A stretch of DNA of 64,000 bases from Phycisphaerae bacterium (GCA_050115495.1 JASFQK010000003.1:128001-192000); one strand, 5' to 3'; positions 9,687 through 20,192 are shown, counted from the first letter of the stretch. Translations and numbers: made by a program. The notes: a model not told the origin generated them from the letters alone.

Positions 9687-10955
9687 CTACCCGCCGGTTG
9701 CAGCCCCCAAGTCGCGCCGATATTGCGCACCGTCAAAGTGAATCTGCTCGACGACCTCGTACGCCCGCCGACGGGCGTCCGCGAGGTCGTCGCCCAATGC
9801 CGTCACGCCCAGTACACGCCCGCCCGCGGTCACGAGCTGGTCGCCTTCACGCTTCGTGCCGGCGTGGTAGACGGCCAGATCGTCTCGGCCGGCGTCGTTC
9901 GGCAGACCCGTGATGGGCAGGCCGGTGGGGTACTTGTCCGGATACCCGCCCGAGGCCATCACGACGCACAACGCCGGCCGCGGGTCCCAGGTCACCTCAG
10001 CGCTGTCCAGCCGGCCGCTGACCGCCGCATCGAGCAGGTCGAGCAGGTCGGAGCGGAGGCGGAGGAGGATGGCCTGCGTTTCGGGATCGCCGAAGCGGCA
10101 GTTGAATTCGAGGACTTTCGGTCCGCCGGTGGTGAGCATCAGGCCGGCGTAGAGGACGCCGCGATAGTGGATGCCTTCGCGGACGAGGGCGTCGAGGACG
10201 GGGACGAGGACGCGCCGCTGAACGTCGAGGAGCGTGGCGTCGTCGATGGCGGGCGTGGGGCAGTAGGCGCCCATGCCGCCCGTGTTCGGGCCTTCGTCGT
10301 TGTCGCGCAGGCGTTTGTGGTCCTGGGCGGGTTCGAGCAGGAAGAGCGTGTGGCCGTCGACGATGGCCAGCACGGAGGCTTCGCGGCCCTCCAGCCGTTC
10401 CTCGACGACGATCTGCCGGCCGGCGTCGCCGAAGACGCGGTCAACGAGGATCCTCTCGGCGACGAGGATGGCGTCGGCGGGATCGTCACAGACGATGGCA
10501 CCCTTGCCCTTAGCCAGGCCGGCGGCCTTGACCACCAGCGGCTGATCGCGTGTGGCGATGTACTCACGGGCCTGCTGGTAGTCGCTGAAGGTGCGGGCCT
10601 CCGCCGTCGGGACGGCGTGCTGCCGCATGAGCTGCTTGGCGAAGACCTTGTCGGATTCGAGGCGGGCGGCGGCGGCCGTGGGGCCGAAGATGCGCAGATC
10701 CGCTTCCTCGAAGGCGTCGACCATACCAGCGGCGAGGGGATCCTCCGGACCGACGATGGTGAGGTCGATGGCCTCGCGGCGGACGAAGTTCAGGGCGAGG
10801 TCGATATCGTCCGGATCGCCCGGGATGTTGGTGGCAATGGAGGCCGTGCCGGGGTTGCCGGGCAGGGCGTAGAGCTTCTGAAGTCGTGGCGAGCGCGCCA
10901 GGCAGCGACAGAGGGCGTGCTCGCGTCCGCCGGAGCCGATCACCAGAACGTTCAT
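9687..10955 (-). CDS. purD: Phosphoribosylamine--glycine ligase
   Basis: GSGGREHAL, KAAGLAKGKG, QDHKRL, GPNTGGMGAY, EFNCRFGDPETQ, GGRVL. Confidence 0.97.
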   Translation of the reverse strand: MNVLVIGSGGREHALCRCLARSPRLQKLYALPGNPGTASIATNIPGDPDDIDLALNFVRREAIDLTIVGPEDPLAAGMVDAFEEADLRIFGPTAAAARLESDKVFAKQLMRQHAVPTAEARTFSDYQQAREYIATRDQPLVVKAAGLAKGKGAIVCDDPADAILVAERILVDRVFGDAGRQIVVEERLEGREASVLAIVDGHTLFLLEPAQDHKRLRDNDEGPNTGGMGAYCPTPAIDDATLLDVQRRVLVPVLDALVREGIHYRGVLYAGLMLTTGGPKVLEFNCRFGDPETQAILLRLRSDLLDLLDAAVSGRLDSAEVTWDPRPALCVVMASGGYPDKYPTGLPITGLPNDAGRDDLAVYHAGTKREGDQLVTAGGRVLGVTALGDDLADARRRAYEVVEQIHFDGAQYRRDLGAATGG

Positions 10956-10970
10956 GCGCGGCAGGGTAGC

Positions 10971-13900
10971 CTACTGGAGGCCGCGTGACAATTGCCGGAG
11001 GCGATAGCGGGCCCAGTTCGCGGGCCAGATGTCCTGCTGATCGTGGGTGAGGTCGATGCAGCGCTGGTAGGCGGCGGCGGCGGCGCTGACGCGTTCCTGC
11101 TGGCGGGCGAGCTCGCCGGCGAAGAAGGGCGTGTCGTTCTGCAGGCGGAGGGCGGCGTGGGAGTCGACGAAGGTGCTGGTCAGCTCATGGACGATGCCGG
11201 CTGCGGGGTTGTCGCTCTCCAGGCCGGTCAGGGCCCGCAGGATGAACTCGGCGGTGGGCAGCTCGGACTCGAGGCCGGTGAGATAGCGGGCGATGCCTCG
11301 GGCCGACGTGGTGGCGAGGAGGTCCAGGCGGAACTGCTCGTCGTCGCCGGCGCCGATGTGGGCGGTCGTATCGCGGGCTTCGGGCAGGCGGCCGGCCATC
11401 ACGAGGGCGGCCACCTGCTGCAACTGGACGTTCGGGGCGTCGTGCAGGTTGAAATCGGAACGGGCCTGCACGGCGGCGAAGAGGTCGGCGGCCTCGGCGT
11501 ACTCGCCGGAGAGGTACGCACACTGGGCGAGCAGCAGGGCGGTGCGGGCGTCGATGTTGTCGGCCAGGGCCTTCTGGCCGGTCGTCAGCAGCCGGTGGGC
11601 CAGTTCGAACCGCTCGCCTGCATACGCCGCTGTGCCCAGACGCAGCCACACGGGCGGGGCCGCGGATTCGAGGGCCGTTTCGACCCAGTCATCGGGCAGG
11701 TCTTGCCCCGGACGGGACAGGGCGGCTTCGACGATCATCCGTCGCATATCCCGCAGCGATTGTGGATCGAGGGGTTCGAGCAGATTGGCCGCGGTCCAGG
11801 CCGAGGCGGGGTCGCCGTCGGCCAGGTGACGGGCGACGGCTCGCTGCCGGGCGTAGACGCGGTTCTGTTGCAGGCGCTGGTCGGTGATGTCGAAGGCATG
11901 CTCCTGCACGCCGCTTTCGGAGCCGAGCAGCACGCGGTCGCCGCCGCCGATCCAGGTGCCGAATCCAGGTTGTTCGGCAGCGGGTGGAGCCATCTGGGCG
12001 AGGTGTTCACCGGCGGCGAGCTCGTAGAGGCTGGCGCTGCCGTCCGTGAGGCAGGCGAGGAGCGTGTCGCCGGCGGGATCGAAGGCCAGCATGCGGGCGG
12101 GGCCATCGAGGCGCAGGCGGAGGAGTTCGTGGCCATCGCTGGTCCGCAGGAGGCGGACGAAGCCATCGGCGCAGGCCGCCGCCAACCGCTGCCCGCGACG
12201 GTCAAAGGCCATGCACAGCGGCGGGGAGTCGAAGCGCAGCCAGGCTGGCGGGGACGCGTCGGCGTCGTGGTTGCCACCGGCGCCGTCCAGCCACAGCAAT
12301 TCACCGTTGGAGCGAGCCACCAGCAGCCGGTTCGTGCCGGGCCGGAAGGCAATCTGCCGGATGAGACTGCCCACGAACTCGACGGGGGGCCGGCTCGGCG
12401 GCAGGGCAGTGTCGAGGGTGACGTTCATGGCGCCGGGCGCCGTCGGCTGCCATCGCCGGAAGCTCACCCGCTGCTGATCGCCGGCGGGGGTCTGCGCGGC
12501 GAAGGCGACCAATTGGCCGTCGCCGGTGATGGCGACCTGCTGCAACTGGTGGCTGTCGGGCGCGGGCCAGTCGGTCGTGACGGTCGTGCCGGTGACGGTG
12601 TCGCGCAGGCGGATCACATCGCCCGTGCAGATGACGGAGTGGCGATCGAGGTTGCTGACCGCCATGAGCAGGGTGTCGGGCGTCGTGCTGAGCCGCAGGG
12701 AGAAGGGCCGCCGGGCGCTGAACATTTCCGTGGTGGTCGAGCGAGACGGCGTGTAGGCGGCGACGCGCTGCCGGGCGTTGGCCACCAGCACGCTCGAACC
12801 GTCCTCGGCGCAGGCCCAGGCCGCGGGGAGTCCGTCGGTGATGCGGCGGTAGGTCTGGCGCTGGCGCAGAGGCAGCCAGCGGCTGACGATGCCGCGCTGA
12901 TCCAGTGTGGTGACCACGTCGCCGCCGCCGGCCAGGCGCAGGGTGCGCAGTTCGCCGAGTCGTCCGTCCCAGATCTCTTCGAGCTCGCCGGGACGCTGCA
13001 CGGCTACCTGGCCGTCGTGTGTGCCGAACAGCAGCGTCTGGCCGGCGGCGTCGGCATCGAAGAAGTCCCATTCGCGACTGGTGTTGCAGACCCGCGTCCA
13101 GGCACGCGGGCCGGTACCGGCGGTCGCAGCCCGGTAGACCGCACCTTCGGTCATCGCCAGCAGATCGGTGCCGGCGAAGCACAGGAGCCGCGGGCGCAGC
13201 TTTTCGAGGCCGATGAGATCTGTGTGCGGCGTACCGTCGTCCGCGATCTGGATGCGCTGCACGCCGCCCACGGTGGGAATGGCCACTTGGTCGAGCACCG
13301 GCGAGTAGACTGGCGGGCCGTTCGCGTCGCGGAGCAGGCTGGTCGTCGATCGCACCGTGCCGGTTCGCCCCTCGAAGCACATGACTCGGCCCGAGCCGAC
13401 CGCGAGCAGTCGTCGGCCTCCCGATACCGCCTGCACCAGGGTCACGTCGACGTCCAGGCCGAATTCGCCGGAGACGGCGGCGATGGTCTGGCTGGGTGCC
13501 CAGAGCCGCGCCCAGCCGCGGCCGGCGGCGGAGACGGTGCCGGTCTCGTCCACGCTCAACGCCGTTACGGGGCCGGGAGCCTGCACCCAGTGGCGCACGC
13601 CCCCGGTGGCCAAATCGTGAATCGTGATCCCCGCCGGCGTGTGGCAGACCGCGGCGATTTGCTCGTCCGGCGAGAAGGCGACCGGACCGCCATTGCGCGG
13701 TTGCAGAACCGTGGCGGTGAGGTCGCCGCTGCGGTCGTAGTACTGCCGCAGGGCCCAGCGTGTGGCGGGCGTGTCGGACTGCTCGCGGGCTTGCCAGTAG
13801 AGATCGCGAGCGGCGGTCAGGTCGCCCTGGGCAAAGGCCAGATCGCCGCGCTGGATCGTCTGACCGACCAGGGCACGGCGGAGCTCCTCGCGGGCTCGTT

Positions 13901-15176
13901 CCGAGGCGTTCTGAGCCTGGCGGGCATCCCGGGCGCTGTCCTGCGCGCTCTTCCGCTCTTCATCGGCTCGGTAGGCGGACTCGCGCTCCGCCTGCCACAG
14001 AAAGGCGAACGCCACCAGGAACAGCACCATCGTCAACAGCAGGACGGCTGCGGCCGTTGCCTGGAGGCGATAACGCCCCAGCGTCTTGCGCAGCATGTAC
14101 AAACCGCTGGCCCGCTTGGCCTCGATGGGCTCACCACGCACCAGGTGGGTCAGATCGCGGGCGAGGTCGCCGGCGGTCTGGTAGCGGCGGACGGGGTGCT
14201 TCTCGAGTGCCTTGAGCAGGATCGTTTCGAGCTCGTCGTCGAGCAGGCGGCCGAAACGGCTCTGCCCGCGCAGGCTCCGCGGGCGGATCGGGTCGGCCTG
14301 GGCGATTCGTTGCAGGACCTCACCGAGCGGCCCGTCCACCGAGTAGGGCAATTGCCCGAGCAGGGCCTCGTAGAAGACCACGCCCAGCGAATACACGTCA
14401 CTACGGACGTCCACGTCCATCGAGCCCTGCGTCTGCTCTGGCGACATGTAGGCCACCGTGCCCAGCAGTTCGCCGGCGGTGGAGAGCGCCTGGATCGTGC
14501 TCTTGTCGCCGGGCACGTGCTGCACCGGCTTGGCCAGGCCGAAGTCGAGGATGTGCGGCTCGCCGGCCTGGTCGACCAGGATGTTCGGGGGTTTGAGGTC
14601 GCGGTGGATGACGCCACGCTGGTGGGCGAAGTTGACCGCGTTGGCGATGGTGGTGAACAGCCGGAGGGTGTCCTTCAACGGCGGACGCACCTTGGCCAGG
14701 TAGCGGTCGAGCCGCAGGCCGTCCACGAACTCCATGGCGAAGTAATAGCGGCCGCGGCTGATGCCGGAATCGAGGATGGTGACAATCGCCGGATGCAGGA
14801 GCGAGGCGGCCAGCTCGATCTCGCGTTCGAAGCGGCGGCGGGCGGCATCGCTGGCGAAGGGGCCTTCGAGGAGGACTTTGAGCGCTACCTGGCGCTTGGT
14901 GCCGAGCTGGACGGCGCGGTAGACAACGCCCTGGCCGCCGCGGTGGATCTCCTCGATCAGTTGGTAGCCCTCGATGGCGTTCTCATCGGGGCGCGGGGCG
15001 TCGGGGGCGATGGGCGGGCGGCGGGAAACGCGCGTCGGCTCGTCGGGGGAGTAGTCCTCTGAATCGGACGCACTGGAATCGGCGTCCTGCCAGGCGCGCA
15101 GGGGTGCTGGGCGCTCGCCATCGGGTGGGCGCGGAACGGGGTCCGGTCCGGGATAGGGGGGCAGAGAGGCAGCCAT
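10971..15176 (-). CDS. Ser/Thr protein kinase with TM helix, WD40-like propeller and TPR-like C-terminus
   Basis: GGQGVVY, VALK, HRDLKPPN, DFGLAK, GTVAYMSPEQ, DVYSLG; later AFSPD / AFDPAG blades. Confidence 0.9.
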   Translation of the reverse strand: MAASLPPYPGPDPVPRPPDGERPAPLRAWQDADSSASDSEDYSPDEPTRVSRRPPIAPDAPRPDENAIEGYQLIEEIHRGGQGVVYRAVQLGTKRQVALKVLLEGPFASDAARRRFEREIELAASLLHPAIVTILDSGISRGRYYFAMEFVDGLRLDRYLAKVRPPLKDTLRLFTTIANAVNFAHQRGVIHRDLKPPNILVDQAGEPHILDFGLAKPVQHVPGDKSTIQALSTAGELLGTVAYMSPEQTQGSMDVDVRSDVYSLGVVFYEALLGQLPYSVDGPLGEVLQRIAQADPIRPRSLRGQSRFGRLLDDELETILLKALEKHPVRRYQTAGDLARDLTHLVRGEPIEAKRASGLYMLRKTLGRYRLQATAAAVLLLTMVLFLVAFAFLWQAERESAYRADEERKSAQDSARDARQAQNASERAREELRRALVGQTIQRGDLAFAQGDLTAARDLYWQAREQSDTPATRWALRQYYDRSGDLTATVLQPRNGGPVAFSPDEQIAAVCHTPAGITIHDLATGGVRHWVQAPGPVTALSVDETGTVSAAGRGWARLWAPSQTIAAVSGEFGLDVDVTLVQAVSGGRRLLAVGSGRVMCFEGRTGTVRSTTSLLRDANGPPVYSPVLDQVAIPTVGGVQRIQIADDGTPHTDLIGLEKLRPRLLCFAGTDLLAMTEGAVYRAATAGTGPRAWTRVCNTSREWDFFDADAAGQTLLFGTHDGQVAVQRPGELEEIWDGRLGELRTLRLAGGGDVVTTLDQRGIVSRWLPLRQRQTYRRITDGLPAAWACAEDGSSVLVANARQRVAAYTPSRSTTTEMFSARRPFSLRLSTTPDTLLMAVSNLDRHSVICTGDVIRLRDTVTGTTVTTDWPAPDSHQLQQVAITGDGQLVAFAAQTPAGDQQRVSFRRWQPTAPGAMNVTLDTALPPSRPPVEFVGSLIRQIAFRPGTNRLLVARSNGELLWLDGAGGNHDADASPPAWLRFDSPPLCMAFDRRGQRLAAACADGFVRLLRTSDGHELLRLRLDGPARMLAFDPAGDTLLACLTDGSASLYELAAGEHLAQMAPPAAEQPGFGTWIGGGDRVLLGSESGVQEHAFDITDQRLQQNRVYARQRAVARHLADGDPASAWTAANLLEPLDPQSLRDMRRMIVEAALSRPGQDLPDDWVETALESAAPPVWLRLGTAAYAGERFELAHRLLTTGQKALADNIDARTALLLAQCAYLSGEYAEAADLFAAVQARSDFNLHDAPNVQLQQVAALVMAGRLPEARDTTAHIGAGDDEQFRLDLLATTSARGIARYLTGLESELPTAEFILRALTGLESDNPAAGIVHELTSTFVDSHAALRLQNDTPFFAGELARQQERVSAAAAAYQRCIDLTHDQQDIWPANWARYRLRQLSRGLQ

Positions 15177-15407
15177 CGCTCCTGCTGCTCACCTGGCCGC
15201 CGACGGCAGGTTGCCACGCCGGCAGCGGGATTCTACACTACGTAGTCGAGCCTGAACAAACAGACGTCGAGGGTACTCGGGCACTGCCGGAAACGCAGTT
15301 ACAAACCGCGGGATTCTTTCGAACATCGCCGTGTCCCGGGCGCGTGGGACGGTCCCCGAGGGGTTTCGTGTTTACTCGACGAGTATTCCAACAGGAAGGC
15401 GAATCAG

Positions 15408-16643
15408 ATGGTGACACGCGTTTGCTCGTTGTTCGGTTTGTTGTCGGCCGCGGTTCTGCTGTTCGCGGTCGGTGCGGCACCGGCCCAGGATTCCCAGCCC
15501 GCCCATGACGAGGGCCAGTGGTTCCGCAACGTCCGCCAACTCACCTCGGTCGACATGGGTCTGGCCCGTTCCGGGGAGGCTTATTTCTCGCCCGATTGCC
15601 GGCGGATCAGCTTCCAGGCCTTTCCCACCGGCAAGAAGGACTACCAGATCTACGTCATGAACTTCGACGGCACGGGCCTGAAGATGGTCAGCACCGGCGA
15701 AGGGGCGACGACCTGCTCGTATTTCCATCCGAGCAACAGGAAGATGATCTTCGCGGCGAACCACCACGACCAGCGGCCACCGGCGGCTGACGAGATCGAG
15801 CGCATGCGCCCGCGTGGCGAAGGCCGTCCCCCAACCGGCGGACACCCGGGTGGCCGTCCTGGTGGGCACCCCGGTGGACATCCGGGCGGCCATCCGGGTG
15901 GGCAAGCAGGCGAGACCGGCGGTCAGCCGCCGCGACATCCCGCCGGCGCCGGCGGACACCACGGCGGCGGCGTCGCCTGGAACTACTACCCCGGCATGGA
16001 GATTTACGAGTACACCTTCGCCACGGGTGACCTCAAACGCTTGACGGACAGCGACGGCTACGACGCCGAATGTGCGTATGCTCCCGACGGCAAGCACATC
16101 GTTTTCAGCTCGCTGCGTGACGGCGACCAGGAAATCTACATTTGCGACGCCGACGGGCAAAATCCCTATCGCGTCACGAATGCCCCGGGCAAGGACGGCG
16201 GGCCGTTCTTCAGCCCTGACGGCAAGCGCGTCGTCTACCGCTCGGAGCGGCACGGCGACGGGAACCTGCAAATCTTCGTGAACAATATCGAGGGCACGGA
16301 CGAGCGGGCCGTCACCGGCCACGACGTGTTCAACTGGTGCCCGTTCTGGCATCCGTCGGGCCGCTGGCTGATCTTCACTCGCGCCGACTTCCGGGGCCGG
16401 CCGAACTTCGACCTGTACCTCATCCGCGACGACGGGTCGGAAACGTACCGCGTGACCAGCGACCAGGCGTTCGACGGGCTGCCGGTCTTCTCGCCGGACG
16501 GAAAGTACCTGATGTGGACGTCGCGTCGTAACGGCATTGAGTCGCCACAGATCTTCGTGGCCGAGTTCGTCGGCCTGACGCCGTCGGGCGAATTGCGGGC
16601 GAAGGCGACGCCCGTGTCGACGGAGCCGCCGGTCAAGCAGTAG
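15408..16643 (+). CDS. Secreted TolB-like PD40 beta-propeller protein with GGHP-repeat insert
   Basis: Signal peptide; EAYFSPD, YAPDGK, FFSPDGK, FSPDGK repeats. Confidence 0.85.
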   Translation: MVTRVCSLFGLLSAAVLLFAVGAAPAQDSQPAHDEGQWFRNVRQLTSVDMGLARSGEAYFSPDCRRISFQAFPTGKKDYQIYVMNFDGTGLKMVSTGEGATTCSYFHPSNRKMIFAANHHDQRPPAADEIERMRPRGEGRPPTGGHPGGRPGGHPGGHPGGHPGGQAGETGGQPPRHPAGAGGHHGGGVAWNYYPGMEIYEYTFATGDLKRLTDSDGYDAECAYAPDGKHIVFSSLRDGDQEIYICDADGQNPYRVTNAPGKDGGPFFSPDGKRVVYRSERHGDGNLQIFVNNIEGTDERAVTGHDVFNWCPFWHPSGRWLIFTRADFRGRPNFDLYLIRDDGSETYRVTSDQAFDGLPVFSPDGKYLMWTSRRNGIESPQIFVAEFVGLTPSGELRAKATPVSTEPPVKQ

Positions 16644-16760
16644 GGCGGATTACGCCCGCTGGCGGCGTGGTAGGACGGATTCCACCCGCCGCCGGCGTTC
16701 ACGGCGAACCGGCGTCCGTTGCGCAGACGGACAGACGGCGGGCCGAGCCCGCCCCACGGT
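16640..16760. repeat. Cluster of GTAG-type REP-like palindromes
   Basis: GTAGGGCGGATTACGCCCGC, GTAGGACGGATTCCACCCGCC and an inverted GGCGGGCCGAGCCCGCCCCAC. Confidence 0.55.
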
Positions 16761-16860
16761 GCGCACGTCCCGCGCGGAAAAAGAGGCTGGACACGGGCGG
16801 CCGCGCGCGGCAGAATAGAGCCGTCTAGAAATCATCACCTTTCTTGAAAGGATGCGGACC

Positions 16861-17175
16861 ATGCCCGAACGCCGGCCGCAGATCAACTTCCAGGTCGATC
16901 AGGCGATGAAGTATCTGTACGAGGAGGCGCGTGCCCAGGGTCACTGGGTTACCCGCTTCTGTGCCGCCGGTCTGCTGCTGATGGTCGAGGACCCGCGGGC
17001 GCGGGCCAAGGCGATCAACCGGTTGCGCGAGTGGGAGGCCGAGTACGAGAGCGCCTCGCCCGAGCAGGTGCGGTCTTTCGTGGAAGGCGCGCAAGACGCG
17101 ATGCGGCGGCCTGCTCCAGGTAGTCGGCCAGCCCCGCGAGCTCGCGCCAAGAAAAAAACGGCAAAACGCCGTTGA
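16861..17175 (+). CDS. Small hypothetical protein, possible ribbon-helix-helix N-terminus
   Basis: Alternating strand QINFQVD followed by helices; GC3-rich codons; AAGGA upstream. Confidence 0.6.
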   Translation: MPERRPQINFQVDQAMKYLYEEARAQGHWVTRFCAAGLLLMVEDPRARAKAINRLREWEAEYESASPEQVRSFVEGAQDAMRRPAPGSRPAPRARAKKKTAKRR

Positions 17176-17230
17176 TCCGGATCATCTCCGCGGTCAGCTT
17201 TTCCCCTTGCGTCGCGATGTTCCTGGACAT
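17015..17230 (-). CDS. Possible 71-aa small protein overlapping the 3' end of the convergent gene
   Basis: Strong GGAGGT SD just upstream of ATG 17230; MSRNIATQGEKLTAEMIRINGVLPFFSWRELAGLADYLEQAAA. Confidence 0.35.
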   Translation of the reverse strand: MSRNIATQGEKLTAEMIRINGVLPFFSWRELAGLADYLEQAAASRLARLPRKTAPARARRSRTRPPTRATG

Positions 17231-17676
17231 GAGTCTACCTCCAGTAAGCGGCCGCGCTCGCGCCGAGCGTGCCCCGGTACCGCCCGTGGGCGTGACGTGG
17301 CGAAAGCGGTGTGGCCGTGTGGGTGCCATCGCTGGTGCTCCATTCCCTCACCGGCCGGCCGCGGCCTTGCGGATGGCATCTGCCTGGGGGAAGCCCCCGC
17401 GTGAACCGGGCTGGCGGCAGGCCGCCGCACGTCTCCGATCGCCGCGCTATCCCCTGCCGTCTGGTGCGTCGCGGGCGGCGTTTGCGTGAGACGCGCCATC
17501 ACGTTGCGTCCATGAGTTTCATCGGGGGAAGCGGGCTCAGGCAAACACCTGAAAGTCGGTGAATCCCTGTCGGTTTCTCCCCGGGGGGATCTACCTGTCA
17601 GGCCTTAACGCCGTGCTCCGGCCGCCAAGCGTCATCGCCGCTTGGTTCGCCGCCACGCCTGCGGTACGCTGGCGGC

Positions 17677-18543
17677 ATGAACTCATGGGTTCGGCTGCAC
17701 CGCTGGCGATGGTGGATCCGGTGGCCGTTCAAGGTCATCGCGTTCGTTGTCGTGGTCGCGTTCGTCCTGTACCCGAAGATCTGGCTGCTGCCGCGGACGC
17801 TCGACCGGCTGCAGAACCTGGACTCGACGCTGGAGCCCGGCAATCCCGGGCTGGCGGATCTGGAGGCGGAAGTCCGCACCGCGGCCGGCGAGGGGCTCGA
17901 CGCCCGCAAGATGCTGCCGTTCGTCGAGCGGGTGGTCTACCGGCATATCCCCTATGCGTGGGACTGGGACGTTTGGGGCGTCATGGACTACCTGCCCACG
18001 ACCGCCGAGGTCCTGGAGAAGGGGCGGGAGGATTGCGATGGACGGGCGGTGGTGGCCGCGTCGCTACTGCGGCGAATGGGGTACAAGGCGTGGCTGGCGT
18101 CTGACCTGAAGCACACCTGGGTCGTGACACCCGCCGGTGAGACGATGTCGCCGGGCAAGGGGCGGAAGTCGATCGCCGGCGGGCCGAAGGGCACACGGTT
18201 TCAGATCGACTGGGGGATGGTCGCGAACGTCGGGCGGAGCATGACGTACGGCGTGGCGGTCTTTCCGCTGACCCGCGAGCTGCTGATTCTGGGGGCGTTG
18301 TGCGGCCTGACAATGCACCCGCGGTCGGGCACGCGGCGGAGAGTCGCCGGCTGCCTCGTGCTGCTGCTGGCGCTGGGCCTGATGCGGGACAGCGGGGCGG
18401 TGGGGAGCGGTCTGGCGGCGCATCCGGCGTGGTTATGGGTTGGCCTGGTGCTGGGCGTCGCCGGCTGGTTGCTGCTGGCGATCAGAGGGGAAGGTCGCCG
18501 TTCTTCTTCAGGGCCGTCTGAATCGTGCGAAGCGGGTGCGTAG
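17677..18543 (+). CDS. Membrane protein with transglutaminase-like Cys-His core
   Basis: EVLEKGREDCDGRAVVAASLLRRMG...HTWV; N- and C-terminal TM segments. Confidence 0.7.
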   Translation: MNSWVRLHRWRWWIRWPFKVIAFVVVVAFVLYPKIWLLPRTLDRLQNLDSTLEPGNPGLADLEAEVRTAAGEGLDARKMLPFVERVVYRHIPYAWDWDVWGVMDYLPTTAEVLEKGREDCDGRAVVAASLLRRMGYKAWLASDLKHTWVVTPAGETMSPGKGRKSIAGGPKGTRFQIDWGMVANVGRSMTYGVAVFPLTRELLILGALCGLTMHPRSGTRRRVAGCLVLLLALGLMRDSGAVGSGLAAHPAWLWVGLVLGVAGWLLLAIRGEGRRSSSGPSESCEAGA

Positions 18544-18928
18544 TGCCCTGGTTTATGCCGGGGCAGTCCTCGCCGACAGCGTCCCAAGTCTCGGGGGATT
18601 CAAGGTTTGAGGCCCAGAAGGGCCACGTCCGGCACTGAACCGGGCGAACGGGGTGTATTGCGCAGCCCGTCAAGCCGATCTTTTCACGAAGCAGGAAGTC
18701 GCAATCGCCGTTCTTGCGTTCCAGCAGGCTCAGGCGGGTGCCGACGCGGCGGACGTGCCGCTTGGTGAAGTCGGCGACGGCCATATGGAGGTGCTCAGCG
18801 ATCTTGCGGCATTCTTCGAGGGAGACCCAGACGTGTCCGGGCGCACCGCTACAGCAGTTGCCGCAGCGAGTGCAGGCGAAGCGGAGGCCGTCGGCGTACC
18901 AGGGTGCGAGGTGCCCGGAACCGCTCAC
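18482..18928 (-). CDS. YkgJ family Cys-cluster (CxxCxxCC) protein
   Basis: [30 protein letters not shown] start overlapping the upstream TGA, with GGAAGGAG SD. Confidence 0.85.
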   Translation of the reverse strand: MSGSGHLAPWYADGLRFACTRCGNCCSGAPGHVWVSLEECRKIAEHLHMAVADFTKRHVRRVGTRLSLLERKNGDCDFLLREKIGLTGCAIHPVRPVQCRTWPFWASNLESPETWDAVGEDCPGINQGTTHPLRTIQTALKKNGDLPL

Positions 18929-19131
18929 GACTCCTTCCCACAGCACTTCTTGTATTTCTTTCCGGACCCACAGGGGCAGGGGTCGTTGCGGCCGACCGTG
19001 TGCTCTTTCTTGGCCTGCTCGACGGGAACGTCCGGTATCGGAGCATCGTCGTCGGAGACGATGTCCTGGGTCCGGCGTTTCTCTTCCTGCTTGCGTTCGA
19101 ACCGCTTGGAGAACCGATCAAATATGCCCAT
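18925..19131 (-). CDS. SEC-C metal-binding motif small protein
   Basis: [20 protein letters not shown]. Confidence 0.85.
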   Translation of the reverse strand: MGIFDRFSKRFERKQEEKRRTQDIVSDDDAPIPDVPVEQAKKEHTVGRNDPCPCGSGKKYKKCCGKES

Positions 19132-19305
19132 GAGAATTCCCTTTACCAATGCCCAGGAGAGCAGTATACGCTGCGCACGGAGTCCCGCGAAGGCGGCAAA
19201 TGGACCGTCTGGCCGCGGGTGTAAAAAAGGGCCTTGACGAGCGAACGAACTCCCAGTATTTAGCCGCGCGTTTGGCGGAACGAGTCCATCAACAGGAGCA
19301 TCGAC

Positions 19306-19650
19306 ATGTTCCAGCCCGAAGAATTGCCCGAGCTTATGACCCCCGACGTTGAATCGGGCGTGCTCGTCGCTGACGACGATCGCCCGTCCGCCGCGACGGC
19401 CACCTTGGACGCGGTCGAGGACGGCGAAGAGAGCCAGGAATCCTGGTTGTTGCCGGACGGTGCGCTGGGGCTGTGTGCGGACGGCCGGCGTCGCGGCGAC
19501 GACGAGGATGAAGACCTCGATGCCGGGGACGACGAAGAAGACGAGGAAGTCGACGACGAAGACGACTTCTACGACGACGACTTCGACGAGGAGGAAGAGG
19601 ACGACGACGACGACGAGTTCGACGCCTTCGTCGACGACGACGACGAGTAG
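19306..19650 (+). CDS. Highly acidic hypothetical protein
   Basis: AGGAG SD; D/E-rich C-terminal half. Confidence 0.6.
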   Translation: MFQPEELPELMTPDVESGVLVADDDRPSAATATLDAVEDGEESQESWLLPDGALGLCADGRRRGDDEDEDLDAGDDEEDEEVDDEDDFYDDDFDEEEEDDDDDEFDAFVDDDDE

Positions 19651-19695
19651 TCGTCCGACGGTGGGGTAGCACCCGCGGACCAAAATCCTGCGTTC

Positions 19696-19722
19696 GTCCG
19701 GCTGCGGGGAACGCAGCCGGAC
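19696..19722 (+). terminator. GC-rich hairpin after the acidic-protein gene
   Basis: GTCCGGCTGCG-gggaa-CGCAGCCGGAC, perfect 11-bp stem; no U-tract. Confidence 0.4.
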
Positions 19723-19814
19723 CCGGGGGTACTGTCTGCCCCGGGGGCCGGTCCGGCCGGCCGAAGCCCCGCCGGTAACTACAGGGGTACGGGTCGGTCG
19801 CCGATATCGGGGGT

Positions 19815-20192
19815 ATGAAGCGAAACCCAGCCCCACCGAAGAATGAGCAGGACGAGGCCGGCTCGGGAGAGCCTGCTGCGCTGGCCGAAGAACGCCGTGG
19901 CGGCGAGGATCGTCGCTCGCAGTTTGACCGTCGCCGGGGTCCAGGCCGGAGGCGGACCGACTATCGTCGGGCCGCCGAAGAAGGCCACATGAACGAGGAG
20001 CAGCTGGATTTCCTGCGGGCGATGGACGAGTACAAGCGTGTGAATAACCGTCCGTTCCCGACGTGGACCGAGGTGCTGGACCTGGTTCTGTACCTGGGTT
20101 ACCGGCGGGTGGCGGACGTGGGGGAGTTCAAGCTGAGCAAGGGTCGACAGACGCCGTTGCCGGGACAGGACGGGGAGGAAGAGGGGGAGTAG
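19815..20192 (+). CDS. Hypothetical protein with tandem (D/E)RR motifs
   Basis: [27 protein letters not shown] then [23 protein letters not shown]; coding-like codon use. Confidence 0.7.
   Translation: MKRNPAPPKNEQDEAGSGEPAALAEERRGGEDRRSQFDRRRGPGRRRTDYRRAAEEGHMNEEQLDFLRAMDEYKRVNNRPFPTWTEVLDLVLYLGYRRVADVGEFKLSKGRQTPLPGQDGEEEGE

Noticed and set aside
10992..15062. 1356-aa + strand ORF
   Set aside because: Antisense shadow of the Ser/Thr kinase gene; no motifs; expected in high-GC DNA.
17230..17676. Possible ncRNA or riboswitch in a long intergenic region
   Set aside because: No recognisable conserved RNA motif; a covariance-model (Rfam) search is needed. No tRNA or rRNA was recognised in the window.
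19132..19836. Upstream extension of the 303-aa SEC-C ORF
   Set aside because: Its V/L-rich part is the antisense of the acidic-protein gene; the credible gene is 18925-19131.
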